A stretch of 58,560 bases of DNA, the filler included, from Sphacelaria rigidula (Eukaryota), in NCBI GenBank assembly GCA_964200075.2. It is 4 parts of 4 records of this genome, joined end to end, with 100 filler letters (N's around TTAATTAATTAA, not from the genome) between each part and the next. Parts side by side here need not be neighbours in the genome. Positions count along the whole stretch, not along the records: positions 29,335 to 43,898 come from CAXNAA020002178.1; 3 more parts are not named here. One strand, 5' to 3'. Numbering within the stretch: position 1 is the first letter of the stretch; each line of letters opens with the position of its first letter. Positions 29,400-42,899 of this stretch are shown here, one piece after another. The translations under genes were made by a program, and so were the position numbers. A model generated the notes under the pieces. It did not search any database, was not told the origin of the DNA, and was given only the letters and a program-made list of their open reading frames with translations.

Positions 29400-30420
29400 A
29401 GTAAACAACGTTTTCGTGAGATTGATAGTAGAATGCTCATTGAGAGCGGCTTTGATCATTCGCTTTAACTAAGCCATTTTTTTATTCAGTGTCTGCTTTT
29501 CTTTTTCTCTATCACTAGCATGTGTTTACAGCCACACGTCGATTTCCTACTCAGGGATATCAAGGGCGTCAGTGGCGAGCTACTAAATAAAGCATATCGG
29601 GCCTCACGGAGGTGCATTTCGGAACTGAAACTATTCAGTCGCTAATTGACTGCTTTTGAGTCTCGATCGTCGTATCCTCTACTCTCAATCTCACGAAAAC
29701 ATTAGTAGTAGTACGTCGAGTATCGGGTGGTACGCACAGTACTGGCACAATCTCTAAACGCGGTACTTGCAACACCTCTACAGACAGCAAAGGCAGGACC
29801 TCTATGAAGAGGAAGTGCAATCAACAGAACACGCCGAGACAGCAATGAGCAGGCAAACGCCAAGTGTTTCGTCGGCGAAGAATGCGGCGAAAATAATACC
29901 GAATCAAACGTAGCATGACTGAGAGCAGACAAACACCACGCCACAGCAACAGCCCCTGGCTCTAGCTCCAGACACATGCGTTGTATCACATAAACGGAAC
30001 GGCTCTTGACAGACAGTAACGCACCTGTCTCATCTGTGTTCCATCTGTGGTCGGTTGCTCGCTTTTGCTTGCGCACGTAGTCCTCACAGGACGCATAAAA
30101 CTCCGGCATGCGATCTTCTTCGTCGGCCGCACCATCCTGTCGACCTTGTAGATGCGGTTGCTGCGCTCATCTTCGAAGGAATTTTTTTCCCACCTCGACA
30201 GTACAGTACCCGGACCAACCCTGCCAGCTATGCCCACGCTACCACTGACACGCTTCCGCAGCGAACTAACGAAGCTTTCAAAAGTCTTTGGAGTAGCATG
30301 GAAGGTCATGCGACCCCTGCGTACCGCTTCTACGGCCTCTGTTGCACGTTCTGGGTCCACCTTTACTCTCTGCATGCTTAGGAACCGATCGACCAAAAAG
30401 CCGATTTTGGAAAAAGACAT
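29400..30420 (-). pseudogene. Decayed pogo/Tigger-like transposase (HTH_psq + DDE_1)
   Basis: AVEAVRRGRMTF...SSLRKRVSG...GPGTVLS resembles a psq HTH. It is followed, after a frameshift, by EFYAS...RWNTDETG (first catalytic Asp motif), then decays with frameshifts and stops. Confidence 0.75.
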
Positions 30421-33384
30421 ACGCCCTTATTCACAGCGCTGTGGGATGGTGTTGTTTAATACAAAAGGCACGTGCAGTAACTCAAAAGAAGCGCCGTGCT
30501 CTTGTGCACACGCAGAAAAAACAGAATGGAAAACGACCAATATTTCGCGGAGTTGTGGACTATAGAAAAAAAGAGTACCGTAATTGATACTGTACCGAAA
30601 TTGGTACGTTTACTCCAGGTCGGTTGTCTGACCATGACTTGTTTGTCCACGGAATCCATCTCTCGGCATGTGAAAGAAGACAAGATGAAATTCATTGAAT
30701 TGCTCTGGACGTTGGGCACATCTGGACGCATATGAACTCCATCCCAGTAGTATGTGGTAGTTTTGAAGCAGTAGCTCAGTGTTGTCGATTTAGACCCACA
30801 TACCCCACGTCCGTCGTTGACCGAGAACTACGACAAAACGTTTGGTTCGCGCAAACGTCCTTGTATCGTTGAATGCTTCATTCAATCTGCGCTTTGTCTG
30901 GAAAAGAAACGAGGTCGACTTCGCAGGCCAGCAGGTAGTAATTCATCAGTTTCGCAGGTCAACTGGTAGTATTAATTCTAAAATGTGCCAAACGTTGAGT
31001 AGATGATGGAATTCCTTGTGTCTCAAGCTCGTACTATCTCAGCCCTGGCGAAATTGTTGTGGGGTCAAGCCCCGCTTGCCTCGACATTTCACTTGATACT
31101 ACGCGAGCGAACGATCGACGGACAAGCTCTTACCGCCAGTTGTGGTTTGGTTTTCTCGCTGATTCTCCCACGTGCCGAGGTCGTTTTTTTGTTGCAAAGG
31201 AGTGTCCAGACGGAGAAGACGATCCGATGTTGTGCACACGCCGGCGCTCGTTTTTCGACAACCCGTTTTTCCCCGCTTGAAAAGCTTCAACGCGCTTTTT
31301 CCAACTAGCCTGAGGTATCGTAAGCGATGAGGGGCGCACGAAGTCACATAGGAAGCATTTTATGCCGTGCAATTCGAGGGGCTGGAACGAAAAGTATATC
31401 GTTAGCGACGGGGCATTACACCCCCACGAGACAGCACTGTTAACCTTGAACACATTCGTGATTTACTTGAGACCACGCCGCTGAAGGTCGTGTGGTCGTC
31501 AATTTCTATTCAAAACATGCCCATCAGCGACTTATTTTCGGAGAACGCGGCTCCCGTTTCACCTTGAAATCACCAATGTTACAGAGGATGTGGCAATATG
31601 TCCCATCGTCGGTGGTGTGCTAGGTACATCAGTACCGACGGAATGAAGATAGATGGAATTGAGAGCGGCGCGCATCTTCTTGCAACAACAGAAAACTGGA
31701 ACTGCCGTGAAGATGGCCAGCAGATTACTTAATTGATTGGCGCACATTGACCGATTCTCAAGGGATCTAGTCGTTGTCGTTATCCGCGAGGTAGACATAT
31801 CCAATGTGAACGAAACGGAAAGGCTCGTTATAGAACAAAAAGGGCGCAAAAACAACAAGACACAGCAAACGAAGTAAAAGTGGGGAAAAGAAAAGAGCAA
31901 AAAAACGAAACAACACAAAAACAGTACATAAAACGCATGTTCCAACTAAAAATAAGCAGAAGGAAAGGAAAGGAAAGAAGGGGGGGATAGACGTACATGG
32001 AAAAAAGATCCTGAGTAGAAAATATGGAATTATTTAGAAATGATTGACCTCTGCATCATGGCTTCATGTTAAAACGGCGGTGCGCAAAACAGCGCATGTA
32101 CCCAAACACGAAACATCTCAGGAGGGCCGTGGAAACAGATTGCTTCTGAGTTATATCGAACCATACGATTTGGGCGTGTAGTTCATTCACGAGCCCTCCG
32201 GAAGCCAAGCACCAAACTGCTACTATGTAGCACTGAAGCGGAAGAATCAGCGATAGAGACAGGGAGAGAGGAAGAACAGTGAAGAAGGCAATATACGGAG
32301 GCCGTGAAACTCAATGATAGAGCAGAATATAAACAGGAGCACGCCCAGAAAAAACGGAACTATAGGATTTAACTTTGTTGTGTAAACGCTTCTTGGTCGT
32401 CATATCTCATAACAGCTGCAGCGGACGTACTCTCCGACGGATCAACCCATGATACACTGAAATACAAAAACAACCTCGTGGATCTGCGGTGCCTGCCACT
32501 CTGATGTCCCCGTGATATGGTCTTCACTAATACCCTCGCAACAGTTACTGTGCTTTTTACGTGAGATAAAAGGAAATATACCATATATTCACGTCATACA
32601 GTGGAGGTTTGGTCCCATCGGGCATGCCTCCCACTCCGCATAGTACTGCGTATGTTGTCCTGCAGAGCGTCCGACTCGCTTCGCCCCTGTGGCTCACTTC
32701 ATTCTTCCGAGTCATCAGAGTTTATAATGCATCTTCATACACGAATAATATCCCCTCCCTGCGGGATCCACCTATCATGAGCACCCCTCAATACTGTGAG
32801 TACCATACTATAGCCAATAATAAAATCCTTCCCGCAAGGTCGGCTATGATCAGGAAGGGAGGTCGGATATCTCCCAGGTGTCGTCCGTTCTCCTACCTCC
32901 ATCCTCCTTCCCATTGCGTGAGCGATATGTTCTCGCACCTGTGCTCGCTCGTGCCTCCTGGCAAGATCGTCCACATCAGCAGCATGAAACGGCGCCGAGG
33001 CTGAATATGATGGACATAGCGCACGGCGGTGATCTCTGTGCAAAGTTGCGGCTTCGCAAACCATCTCCCGCTCTCGTTCCGTCATTCGGAAGGGGAACCG
33101 TCGTGTCACAGAGGCCGCAAACTCCTTGCTCAGGGACGGGCAGGAAATCGATTGCAACAATTCTAAGGGGACGGTATGGAGCGACGGGGTGGGAGTAGAG
33201 ACGTGCAAAGGGCGACACAAATCACCGAGAATGCAGATTGAATGCACGTAATGTAGTGCTGCAGTTGTACATACTGAAGTGTACATCTGGAGGAAACCTT
33301 ACGCCGATATCGAGTGTAGGCCGTGCCGATATGGAATCGGCATATTACTTATCCCTACGGTGTGTTCGAACGTTCACGTGCACA

Positions 33385-33542
33385 GATTGATTTGATTGCT
33401 TGGTTGTCGCACTTCAACTGACCCCCCAGGGGCCATGATCCAGCCGTGGTCACATTATATACGTACCCCAGAAAAGACGAACTGAAACACTCGCTGAAGA
33501 AAAAGAAGGAACAGAAAAAGTCGAACAAAACAACATAGTAGA
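33385..33542 (-). mobile_element. Retroelement-like 3' end with (ATCA)n-like tail; copies at 52580 and 44730
   Basis: ttgattg...acttcaact.acc...caggg...tccagccgtgg...actcgctgaagaaaa.gaaggaacagaaaaagtcgaac is shared with 52580-52731. Confidence 0.7.
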
Positions 33543-33811
33543 GCTAAGTCGTGAACAAAACAAAACGAATCAGAACGTCAACAAAAGCAAAGCACAAAAA
33601 GAAATTGACGATGTAAGGGGAGTGTCATATCATTGGTGTTGACCATAGCGCACTCGCCAATAAATGTGGTGAAACGTTTTGCCTAGTTGAAGCCTGACGG
33701 GAATAGCAGCGCCTGCGTTACCAAGTACATCACAATAGGGACTCTCAACCCCCGCTCAAAGGAGTTATACACCGTAACCGCATCGTGTATGTACTCAATG
33801 GACAGTCCTAT

Positions 33812-34038
33812 GATAAGGGGGGGGGGGGTCGATTTCATGAAAAAATGCGCTCATAGATGCGCCAAAAGACCTCAAACACTCGCGGGGCGCTTGTATTTAG
33901 GTAAAATCGGTGTAAAGCAGTGTGAATGAGCGTTATTTATCGGAAGCAAGCGCGTTTGAACAACTCTTAGCTGCTTTCAATGGCGGTTGGAGTGGAATTT
34001 CGTGGAAGGAAACGGCCCGAAATACCCCCCCCCCTATC
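33812..34038. mobile_element. Possible MITE with GATA-poly(G) / poly(C)-TATC ends
   Basis: gataagggggggggggg ... cccccccccctatc; single copy. Confidence 0.35.
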
Positions 34039-34199
34039 GCAGCATGACTCCAACGATGTTCTCTACGCAAGCGACCGCATGGCACGCCACACGGGCTACG
34101 CGCCCCGGGGTCCTCTGAAAGATAGTGCTCAGCCCCGTCGACTCATCGCTCCATTAAGTATCAAGCATATTTTACGTTATCCTGCCCTCTTCCCACACT

Positions 34200-37100
34200 T
34201 CACTCACGTGCCGTCCCCAAGCGTCTAAATTTCAGATGAGATTTGGAGAGCTCGCCCCACCTCGACGCCGGCCCGAACTTCGATAAGAAGGACGTACTTT
34301 CTGGTGGGGAATGTTTCAGCCTTCTTTGGCTGTTTACTTTGGCCAGTATCTTCCTGTCGCCATGGTGCTTAGCCTTGTTTTTACACCCTGTACGCTCCTC
34401 GTAACCGGGTCGTGCCTGAGTGGTCATGGATGTTTCTGCAAATGTGTCGGTGTCATGTTCTGGCACGGTTTCTGTAGACCCAACGTCTTGCCGCGGTAGG
34501 CTTCGAGTCACACGTTCTGTATCGTGTTCCGGTGCAGTCCACAGTGATACCTGCCCTCTCTGATCCCCCATTTCATCATGTCGAAGGACGCGCTTGTCGT
34601 CATCACTCTCCCCTTGCCTCACGCCTACCGATGCGGTCGGTGACTCGATACGCCGGACGCCGTCACGCTTCTCGTGAACGGCCACGCCCATATCGCTTGC
34701 AGTTGAGAAGTCGACCAGGGTGGGCTGTCCTCGATGTACACACTCCAAGCTAGCGGCGTTGGACACAGCGGGGTCGAGGAAGTATGCGGGTGTGGCTATG
34801 CAGTGGCGTTAGCTCTGTAGCGGGTGTATGTCACGGGGGATTATAAGTTTCGGCGACAACTGCACAGGTTGATCGAAACCTATCAAGAGTGAGGGCCTTT
34901 ATTATCGGCAAATAAACAAAATGGGAGAAGGCCTGAAATTTCGGCATTCGCCTAAAATATCACGTTACCCCGCGCCGCGGTGGTTCCACTGGTAGAATTA
35001 AGATTATTTTGGGTGATTATCCTCGTAGATATCTGACTGGTGCAGCTGCGGGCTATTGTCCCGGTAGATGCATGTGGGGTAAGCACTTGATTGCCTGCGT
35101 TGAAACCGTGAGGACGTCAGTAGTATAGAAGCCCATCCAACGAGAGTCGACGCGGTGCGGGAGTGCTGATTATGGTTACCGGGGGGATAAGGGGTCGGCT
35201 CGTTGGGACCCCGGACCCGTCCCGAGGGAGAGTAGCGGCTGAACGTGTGCAAAATCAAAAGTACATGCGCTGTGCCGCGCCCCGGTGGTCCGACGGGTGA
35301 GAACAGTTCGGGCAGGAAATTGCGGGTGAAAATCCCGCAAACTAGTTGTGGGCCTCTTTCTGATGAGTATTTGATTGCCGTGGCTGACTATGCAATTACC
35401 TGAGCAGTGAATGAAACTGCAGTCGACGAGAGGGTCAACATGGCGCGGGAGTGCTGATTCGACGCGCGATGTGAAACTGTAGGATGTATGCCGCAGGAGA
35501 ATTTGGTTGTTTGGTCCTTTGAAACCACGGACACGTCCGGAGGAAGGGGAGGGGTTAAACTGTACGACCGAGGAAATTAAAACAGTAGGTTCAGATTTGA
35601 CACGGTGCCCTTTAACCTCAAATCATGATCTTCCATACATATATTGCATGTGGCGAGCGTTGGACATTCGAACTGTGTTGCCCGTGCGGTCGTTCTTTTT
35701 ATCGGTGGAGTAGGTTTCAAACGCCCTTTTCCAATTTTTTTCTGTTCGACGTGGAATGTTGTCTCTGCAAAGCATTGCCCACCACTGTTAGTGGGCCCTG
35801 AACCACGCGTACGATTTATTGCCCGCGGCTGTGTGAGTAGTGTCATTTGATTGTCGTGGTCTTCATCGTTGGCACCGGTGGTCCTGAAGTATACGAAGGA
35901 GTCTTCTTGCAAGAAATATCTAAATCATGCCATCCGAGCCCTCAGGCACCGGCGCTCCGAGCAACCCAAGTCGATACTTCGGGGGTGGTTGCGAATGTCT
36001 GCCCCGTCCTATCTCTTCAAATGTCAGTGCTGAGCAGCACACGCCTATTGAGAACTTCGAATACACGCGAGGGACGGCGCTCTGGCTGGCAGGCGTCCTA
36101 ATCGGGGCAAATCCCCAGCAGCAGCAGCAGCCGTCGCTGAACGTCTAAACTCACCATGCATTACCATTGGTAAATGTAGCTGCAGTGCTGCCTCCCGCCG
36201 CGTGTTCCCTGCTTTCCTCGACTTTCACTCGTAATATTTCATCTGCACCATGGTCGGACAACTTTCCCGGTAATCGCTCCCGATCACCACGGCTCGAAGT
36301 GAGCATCCGCACAGGCGGAACTTTCGACGGCGTCGGTTCTACGGTGTTCGCGGGATGTTCGCTCAGGGGAAGAACCGACCTCTGGCTGAACGTTGTTCCC
36401 GAAGTTTTGGCAACACTCTCGGTTTTAAAAGCCCTGTTACTGTGGTTGCTCTTGCTGTTGTTGCTGGTGCCGCTGCTGTAGTTGTTGTCCTTGTCTTTGA
36501 AAAGACCAGTGGCTGCAGAGCAGGATGACACGATCTCCGGCATCTGAGGAGGCTCATTCACCGATAGGTTTCAGGAATTTATGATGAGTAAATTGCGTAG
36601 TGAGAGGGAAAGAGCAGAAACATTGTCGAGGAAAAGGAGGGACGTGGGGGCTACGAAGAATGACATGCGCGGACCCGCGTAGTTGACCTTGCTGGTCATA
36701 GATCGAAAGTGATCCAGCTACCGCGTAGCCCCCGGAGGTTCGCCCGATCCTCGCCAACTGTGGTTAACCAACGGCATGGGGTTTACGTATTGTTTTGTAT
36801 GAGTAGTCCCTCTCCCCGTTGTGATACTTTCGTCATGGAGTGATAGGGTCGATTGATACCAAATTTACGTTTCGGTACGCGAGCACAACGACCACCATAA
36901 CCAACCTGGCCTAGAAGGAAGGGGCTCGGCTTGAGAAGGTTCCTAATCGCTATTTCGGCATCTCCACACCGTAAGGCTCTCTTGCTTGCAGCTTCGACCT
37001 TTTTCAATCGCAAAACCTGTCGGCGATGACGGAGTAATGTTGTGCATAAGATCGCCACTTTCTATCAGTATCAGTATCGACCGACCAGCCCACCGGTTAG

Positions 37101-40100
37101 ACATAACGGTCGGGTTACATCGCCAATTCTCATCTTTGCGGACCGCGTTCCCTTCCAACAACTAGGCCAATGCCAAGAGGATGGAAGAGCGCACTGATAC
37201 AAACGCGCCTCCTTCCGGGATTCCACCAAACCACATGCTCCACCCCTTGTTCTGTAGACATTGGAGTGGGGGCAAATGTTTCCTCTCTTGATTCACCAGC
37301 ACAGCGTGGTCGAGGACTCGTCCACTGATGTAAACAATTTGAGAACTGTAGCTCTAAGGCACGATCGAGTGATCCAGCTGTCAACCCAAGACTCGTGCAT
37401 CCTGTACGCTCAACCCCCTATCCGCGGATTGATATCATATTCAGAGGAGAAAAAGCGTGGTGGTGTGATTCAGGCCTGATTCGGTGAAGCCCAGTGTTTC
37501 TGATACACCTCGTTTTACCATCCAGATTAACTTCCAGTCTCCCATAAAATTCCATTCGTTCCCCTCCACTTGTGTCATGTTGCGAAATACGGCATCAGGA
37601 CCCATCAGGCCGATTGTGTTCACCTCTAAGCTCATATTCTCGTACATGGACATGGCTCCAAGAAGTTTGTTGTGCACTTTCCCAGGCAAATTCTGGGAGT
37701 CTTCTCCACGAGGTAGCGTCTGCAAAATCTTCCCCGTTTTGCACGATCCTTCGTTGACGTTGTTGGTGATATCATCTTCTGGCAGTAGTAACGGTTTGTG
37801 ATGGCTGTCAAGCACGGGGCGTTGTTGGACATGATCGTTGGCGCCTACCGTCGGCCCGTCTGTCATGGCAGTGGCTGCCTTTTTTGGGCATGCTGTACTT
37901 GTGATGGCTACCTGCTCTGATGTGCCGATCAGCGGCGGAGATTCGGGCCCTACTGTAGACCCCGCAAGATTCGTTGTAGCTGGTACAGGGGCGATATATT
38001 CCAATTCCACCGATTCACTCACACTTCTCCGCGTGACCACGCAGGCAGATGTGGACGATTCCGCTGTCGTCGATGCTTCCATCGGAGGCTCCGGTACGCC
38101 CTTGGATTGATTCACCTGCCCATCCTCGCCTTCATTCAATCCATCGACCGCAGCGCTAGGTGTTGCCGCGAGAGTAGTTTTGACGGTAGCAGAGGTACTT
38201 TTGGCATTCGCCACATATTCTCTCGTGCGTTGTAGGGCTGCCTCATCCTTTTTCCGGTTTTCTCTTCGACGCTCAATTTCCTCAAGTGCCTATTACTTGG
38301 AAAAGATAGGCAGACAGGCAAGCAGACAGATAGACAGGCAGGCAGGCAGACACAGACGGGCGGACGGACTGAGAGAGCAGAGGCCGCGCTTAAACTATTG
38401 TCGGGAGGTTGGACATGATGCAGTACTTAGAAAATTCTGTGAGTACAAAAGCCTCGGGATCTGTACTGCAAGATGACTAAGAAAACACCACTATACCATG
38501 TGTGTGAAACGCAAATCATGCCCCCTTTTTTCTCAGCCAAATACCCCCAGTTACACTGCAGCTCACTGGCTACACATGATCAGAGAATATCCCGCCGCGG
38601 AGCCCGCAATAGGGGATGATATACCCACCATGCATCATGTGCATTTCTCGACGTTAAGTATCGTTCCATATTGGCTGTGCCTACGAAGTGCCGTTTGTTC
38701 AATGGAGGACATTTGGGGGGCATGATTGGGGCTAGATATGTCGCCTCATCGGAAATCGCTCGGAAGTACGACTTCGTTCATTTCGAGTTATCGGATGAGC
38801 TCCATATATCGTTTGTCATAGTTCAACAGAATCAAGAGGGGACAGGACCCTAAGATCCAAGCACCATACAAGTATGCTGTACCTGCATGACAGCCCGAGC
38901 CTCAACAGCTCGCCCCTCCCCCCTGCCCTTCAGGTCGACAGGAAACACGTGGCAATCCCGTCTGAACCCATCTGCTATCCTCCCAAGGGTCAGCGTTGAC
39001 AGATGGCGACCGTAGCGATACGTCGACGAAGCATTTGACGTAGACGTTGAGACCTGCAGTGAACCGACGCAAGATGTTGCGCTCTCTAGAGCACTTCCGG
39101 CATGTTCTCCTCTTGGGTCCTCTCGGTGTTGCTCTAAAGACGCACGGCTGGAGCAGTTTCCAACTTCTTTCCCATAGTTTGCGTTGTCGGTAACGCCGGC
39201 TGCGGATCTCGACGCAAGGATATGTGTTTGGGTGGTGCCCCTATCGTTTGGTATTTCTGTTGACAATACTGCAAGTGGCGTATTGTGGCTATTGATGTCA
39301 TTAAAATTGTTATCGTTGATGCTGTTGCTGTTGCTGTTGCCGCTACTGCCGCCGCCGATGTCACTGAGTCTGCTCTTAGTAACCGCTGTGATGGTCGTTT
39401 CACCGATCGACTGGTCCGTGGATGTTGTCGCCGATTGATCGTTTGCGAAGCCACCATCGTTCGGCAACGCACGGAGTTTCACCGAGCGGTCTCGTGAGGC
39501 GGTCAGTAAACACAGGGGATCATCGATGACCTGGAGAACCCGAGAAAAACGATGAAGAAATGACTTTGATTTGAGTTTGCCTTGATTCAAAATCCCATTG
39601 GTAATCTATAATGGGTGAGAGGACCGCGTGCTTAGAGAACCGCGTCGTAGCCCAAAACACCCCAGGATCGACGTTTTTCAAAACCGATCGGGACAGTTCC
39701 TGCAGGAACCACGCCCCTGACGCTGACCCCAATACTAACCCTACCCCTATCCCCAACCATATGGATGTTCAAATTCAGCTGCGGTCCTCTAAGCGCGCGG
39801 TCCTCTCACGCATTACAATCTTCGAAAACCCGTTTAGAGCCCGACTCATGAATGATATATCTTCTCGCGCTCTTGCATTTTTCATTGTTTCCTCTTAAAA
39901 CAGTTAAACCGTCAACAGTAGGAACAGTTGCCTCGTGGTGATTTAGCGACCGTATCTTATCACTTTCTCTCGTTGATAGAATTTTCGGCTTGACTGGAAT
40001 CAATGCGAATCTGGAAATGCTCATGTGAAACATGCCTGAAGAGACACCACAGTTTCGGAGTGAGGAGACCATTGGCCAATCAGCAGAGCATCACTGGTGT

Positions 40101-41495
40101 CAGTATGTTGCTCAGGGAACGGGGTCGAATGGGCAGAACTCCTATCAAGTGCTTCACGCTCGTCTTCTCCTTCCCGGAGGACATCAACAGCAAGACCATC
40201 ATCGTCAGATGATATACGCCCGCGCGTGCTCCCTGCCTGCGACATTTTACAACAGGATGCACAGACGATTGCTGTTTTACAGGTGTTGGCTCAAATATGC
40301 TATTTCTGCCCGTTGACTGTCGGTAGACTACCCACTTCCTGCTATTTTTATGTCGTGTTCGAGTGCAAGGGAGGATCGATGGAAAAAGGCTAAGTCCAAC
40401 TGTGGGCTATGGGGCGAGGTAGCAGTGAGGACGACCTAGGATGGGATTTAATGGGCCATTCAACAATGACCTCGAACATAGGGAGCGCTATCCCCAACAC
40501 AGTGGATGGATTCCAATCGTAAATCTAGTGCTGTCCCTTTGGGGGGGGGGGGGGGGGGGTATCAGGACAACGCTAGTGCTTCACGGTGAATCTTAACCAA
40601 TTCATTAGTCAAAACTCCACTTGCAACCATTTTCAACAGTCCGCCACGACCTCTTCGAAACGCTGAAATTTCCCGAAGGCATGTGTCAAACAGTCGCAGT
40701 TCTCGAAACACGATTTGATCTTAGCAAAGACAAAAAGAGTTTTGGTAGGAACCTGATGAGCGCTTCATTGTTTTGGTGTCCTGATGAGCTATCACCGGAG
40801 GTGGATTGATGGAGGCTCCCTCGCCACGGTTTTGGGGATTTCGGATGCACATTAAATCAATGCTCTAGTAATGATAAATCGCGTAATATGTTTTTGGGTG
40901 CTGGTGCAATTTCCGTTAGGAAGCTGTCTGGTGACTCTGACACAACGGGGTAGTACCCGGTGACTCTTCCCACCCATTTTTTATGGTTGTTGCAATGCGT
41001 GAGAGGACCGCGTGCTTAAAGGACCGCGCCGTAGTTCAAAACACCTCAGGATCGATGTTTTTCAAAACCAATCGGGTCAGGCCCTGGAGGTACCACGCCC
41101 CTGACCATAACACTAACACTAACACTAACACTAACCCTAACCATGGGGATGTTCAAATTGCGATGCGGTCCTCTAAGCGCGCGGTCCTCTCACGCATTAC
41201 AGGTGTTTTACTGCAGCAGTCGTACAATGTCGATAGTAACCTGGCCGACTGGATATTTCGTGTATTTATTACAGATCAGACCGATCGTCGTATGGTCCGG
41301 TGTCGGGCAGCGCGGTGTCCAGACCTTGCGTTTCAGACACGATGCATCCGATGGGCGTACGTACGCAAGTACCTGCTTGTGAAACCGCCGTCGCACATCA
41401 TAGTTGTTCCTGTACGTCGGCAGTTTTCCTTGGGGGACGGCATGACACCCAATGCGGGCTAGAGCTTCGCTGATGTCCCAGACGCGCACAATCCC
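34200..41495 (-). CDS. WD40-repeat protein with a long low-complexity C-terminal region (partial; 5' exons not resolved)
   Basis: Phase-consistent exons: 41373-41495 (GIVRVWDISEAL), 40036-40236 (GQWSPHSETVVSLQ), 38883-39530 (VIDDPLCLLTASRDRSVKL), 37519-38289 (ALEEIERRRENRKK...), 36906-37016, 36155-36543, ~35640-35883 and ~34200/34261-34793. A possible terminal exon lies at 32369-32457. Confidence 0.7.
39607..39817. mobile_element. MITE family A copy (intronic) with a degenerate (CCCTAA)n tract
   Basis: TIRs taatgggtgagaggaccgcgtgcttagagaaccgc / gcggtcctctaagcgcgcggtcctctcacgcatta. Confidence 0.9.
40991..41201. mobile_element. MITE family A copy (intronic) with a (CACTAA/CCCTAA)n tract
   Basis: ~37-bp TIRs. 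Flanks gttgt / ggtgt form an imperfect 5-bp TSD. Confidence 0.9.
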
Positions 41496-41691
41496 CTGTA
41501 TCCCAGGCACGAGCAGCGGCCGTGTGCTCGAATGTTGCTAGAGAACGACGTAAACTGTGGTTAAGTGCAGCGCGTTTTGTGTTGTATACGTGGTCCCGCA
41601 AGGAGCCGTCGAGAGTCTATAGATACCAACGAACTTCCTTCACCCAAAACTGACATTTCTAGCGCTGGGATTAAAACATAAGATTCGTATA

Positions 41692-41895
41692 TGTAACATC
41701 GTTTTCGTGAGGTTGAGAGTAGAGCGCTGATTGAGAGTGGCTTTGATCATTCGCTTTAACTCAGCCATTTTTTCATCCCCATGCGTGCTTTTCTTTGCCT
41801 CCATCGCCGGCGTGTGCTCACAGCTACACGTCGATATCCTTCTCAAGGATATCAAGGGCCTCAGTGACAAGCTACTACAGAAAGCATATCGGGCC
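41692..41895 (-). pseudogene. Second fragment of the pogo-like element, interrupted by the foldback insertion
   Basis: Aligns with 29401-29605 up to aagcatatcgggcc. Confidence 0.7.
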
Positions 41896-42899
41896 TGTTG
41901 CAGGTTAAGGGCAACGCCCGGTTAAGGGCAAATTTTCGCTGAAGAGCAAGCGGTCTGGATTAAGGGCAAGCGCCCCTGACTAAGGGGAAGCGCCCCTGAC
42001 TATGGGGAAGCGCACCTGACTATGGGGAAGCGCACCTGACTATGGGGAAGCGCACCTGGGTAGGGGGGAGCGCACCTGGATACGGGCAAGCGCCTCTGAT
42101 TATTGGCATCTGCCCCTAGCGACGGAGAAGCGATACACGTATCGTCAACATATTCCCGAATCAGGCGAATAACTCCAAACTGTCTAGGACGTGCTAAGAA
42201 CCCACGATACGTGTGTCTCTGGCTCATGGGCACACGATACAGGTGTCTCTCGCTTGTGGGCACGCGATACAGGTTAGGGTTAGGGTTAGGGTTAGGGTTA
42301 GGGTATCGTGGGTCCTTAGTGTAATGTGTGAGAGGACCGCGTGCTTAGAGGACCGCGCCATGGTTCAAAACACCTCAGGATCGACGTTTTTCAAAACCAA
42401 TCCGGCCAGTCCCTGCAGGTACTACGCCCCTGACCATAAGCCCGACACCAACCCTAACCCTAACCCTAACCCTAACCATAGGGATATTCAAATTCCGATG
42501 CGGTCCTCTAAGCACACGGTCCTCTCACGCATTACACTTAGCACGCCCTGGACAGTTTGGCATTCTTCGGCTGATTCGGGAATATGATGACGATACGTGT
42601 ATCGCTTCTCCGTCGCTAGGGGCAGATGCCAATATTCAGGGGCGCCTGCCCGTATCCAGATGCGCTCCCCCCTACCTAGGTGCGTTTCCCCTTCCCCGGG
42701 TGCGCTTCCCCCTACCCAGGTGCGCTTCCCCCTACCCAGGTGCGCACCCCCCTACCCAGGTGTACTTCCCCATCGTCAGGTGCGCTTCCCCTTACCCAGG
42801 GGCGCTTCCCCATAGTCAGGGGCGCTTGCCCTTAATCCGGACCACTTGCCATTAAGCGAAAAGTTGCCCTTAACCGGGCGTTGCCCTTAACCTGCAACA
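41896..42899. mobile_element. Foldback element: TGTTGCAGG...CCTGCAACA ends, >300-bp inverted arms with 20-bp tandem units, telomeric loop and GGCC TSD
   Basis: Left arm 41896-42210 is the reverse complement of 42303-42319 plus 42542-42899. Units like tatggggaagcgcacctgac occur about 7 times on the left and 10 on the right. (TTAGGG)5 at about 42274-42303. GGCC at 41892-41895 and 42900-42903. Confidence 0.9.
42320..42536. mobile_element. MITE family A copy nested in the foldback, with 5-bp TSD CTTAG and a (CCCTAA)4 tract
   Basis: cttag|TGTAATG...CATTACA|cttag. Confidence 0.92.

Noticed and set aside
42213..42587. ORFs with VRVRVR or NPNPNP runs (also 267-725, 39611-39898 and 40983-41462)
   Set aside because: These are translations of telomeric tracts within MITEs.
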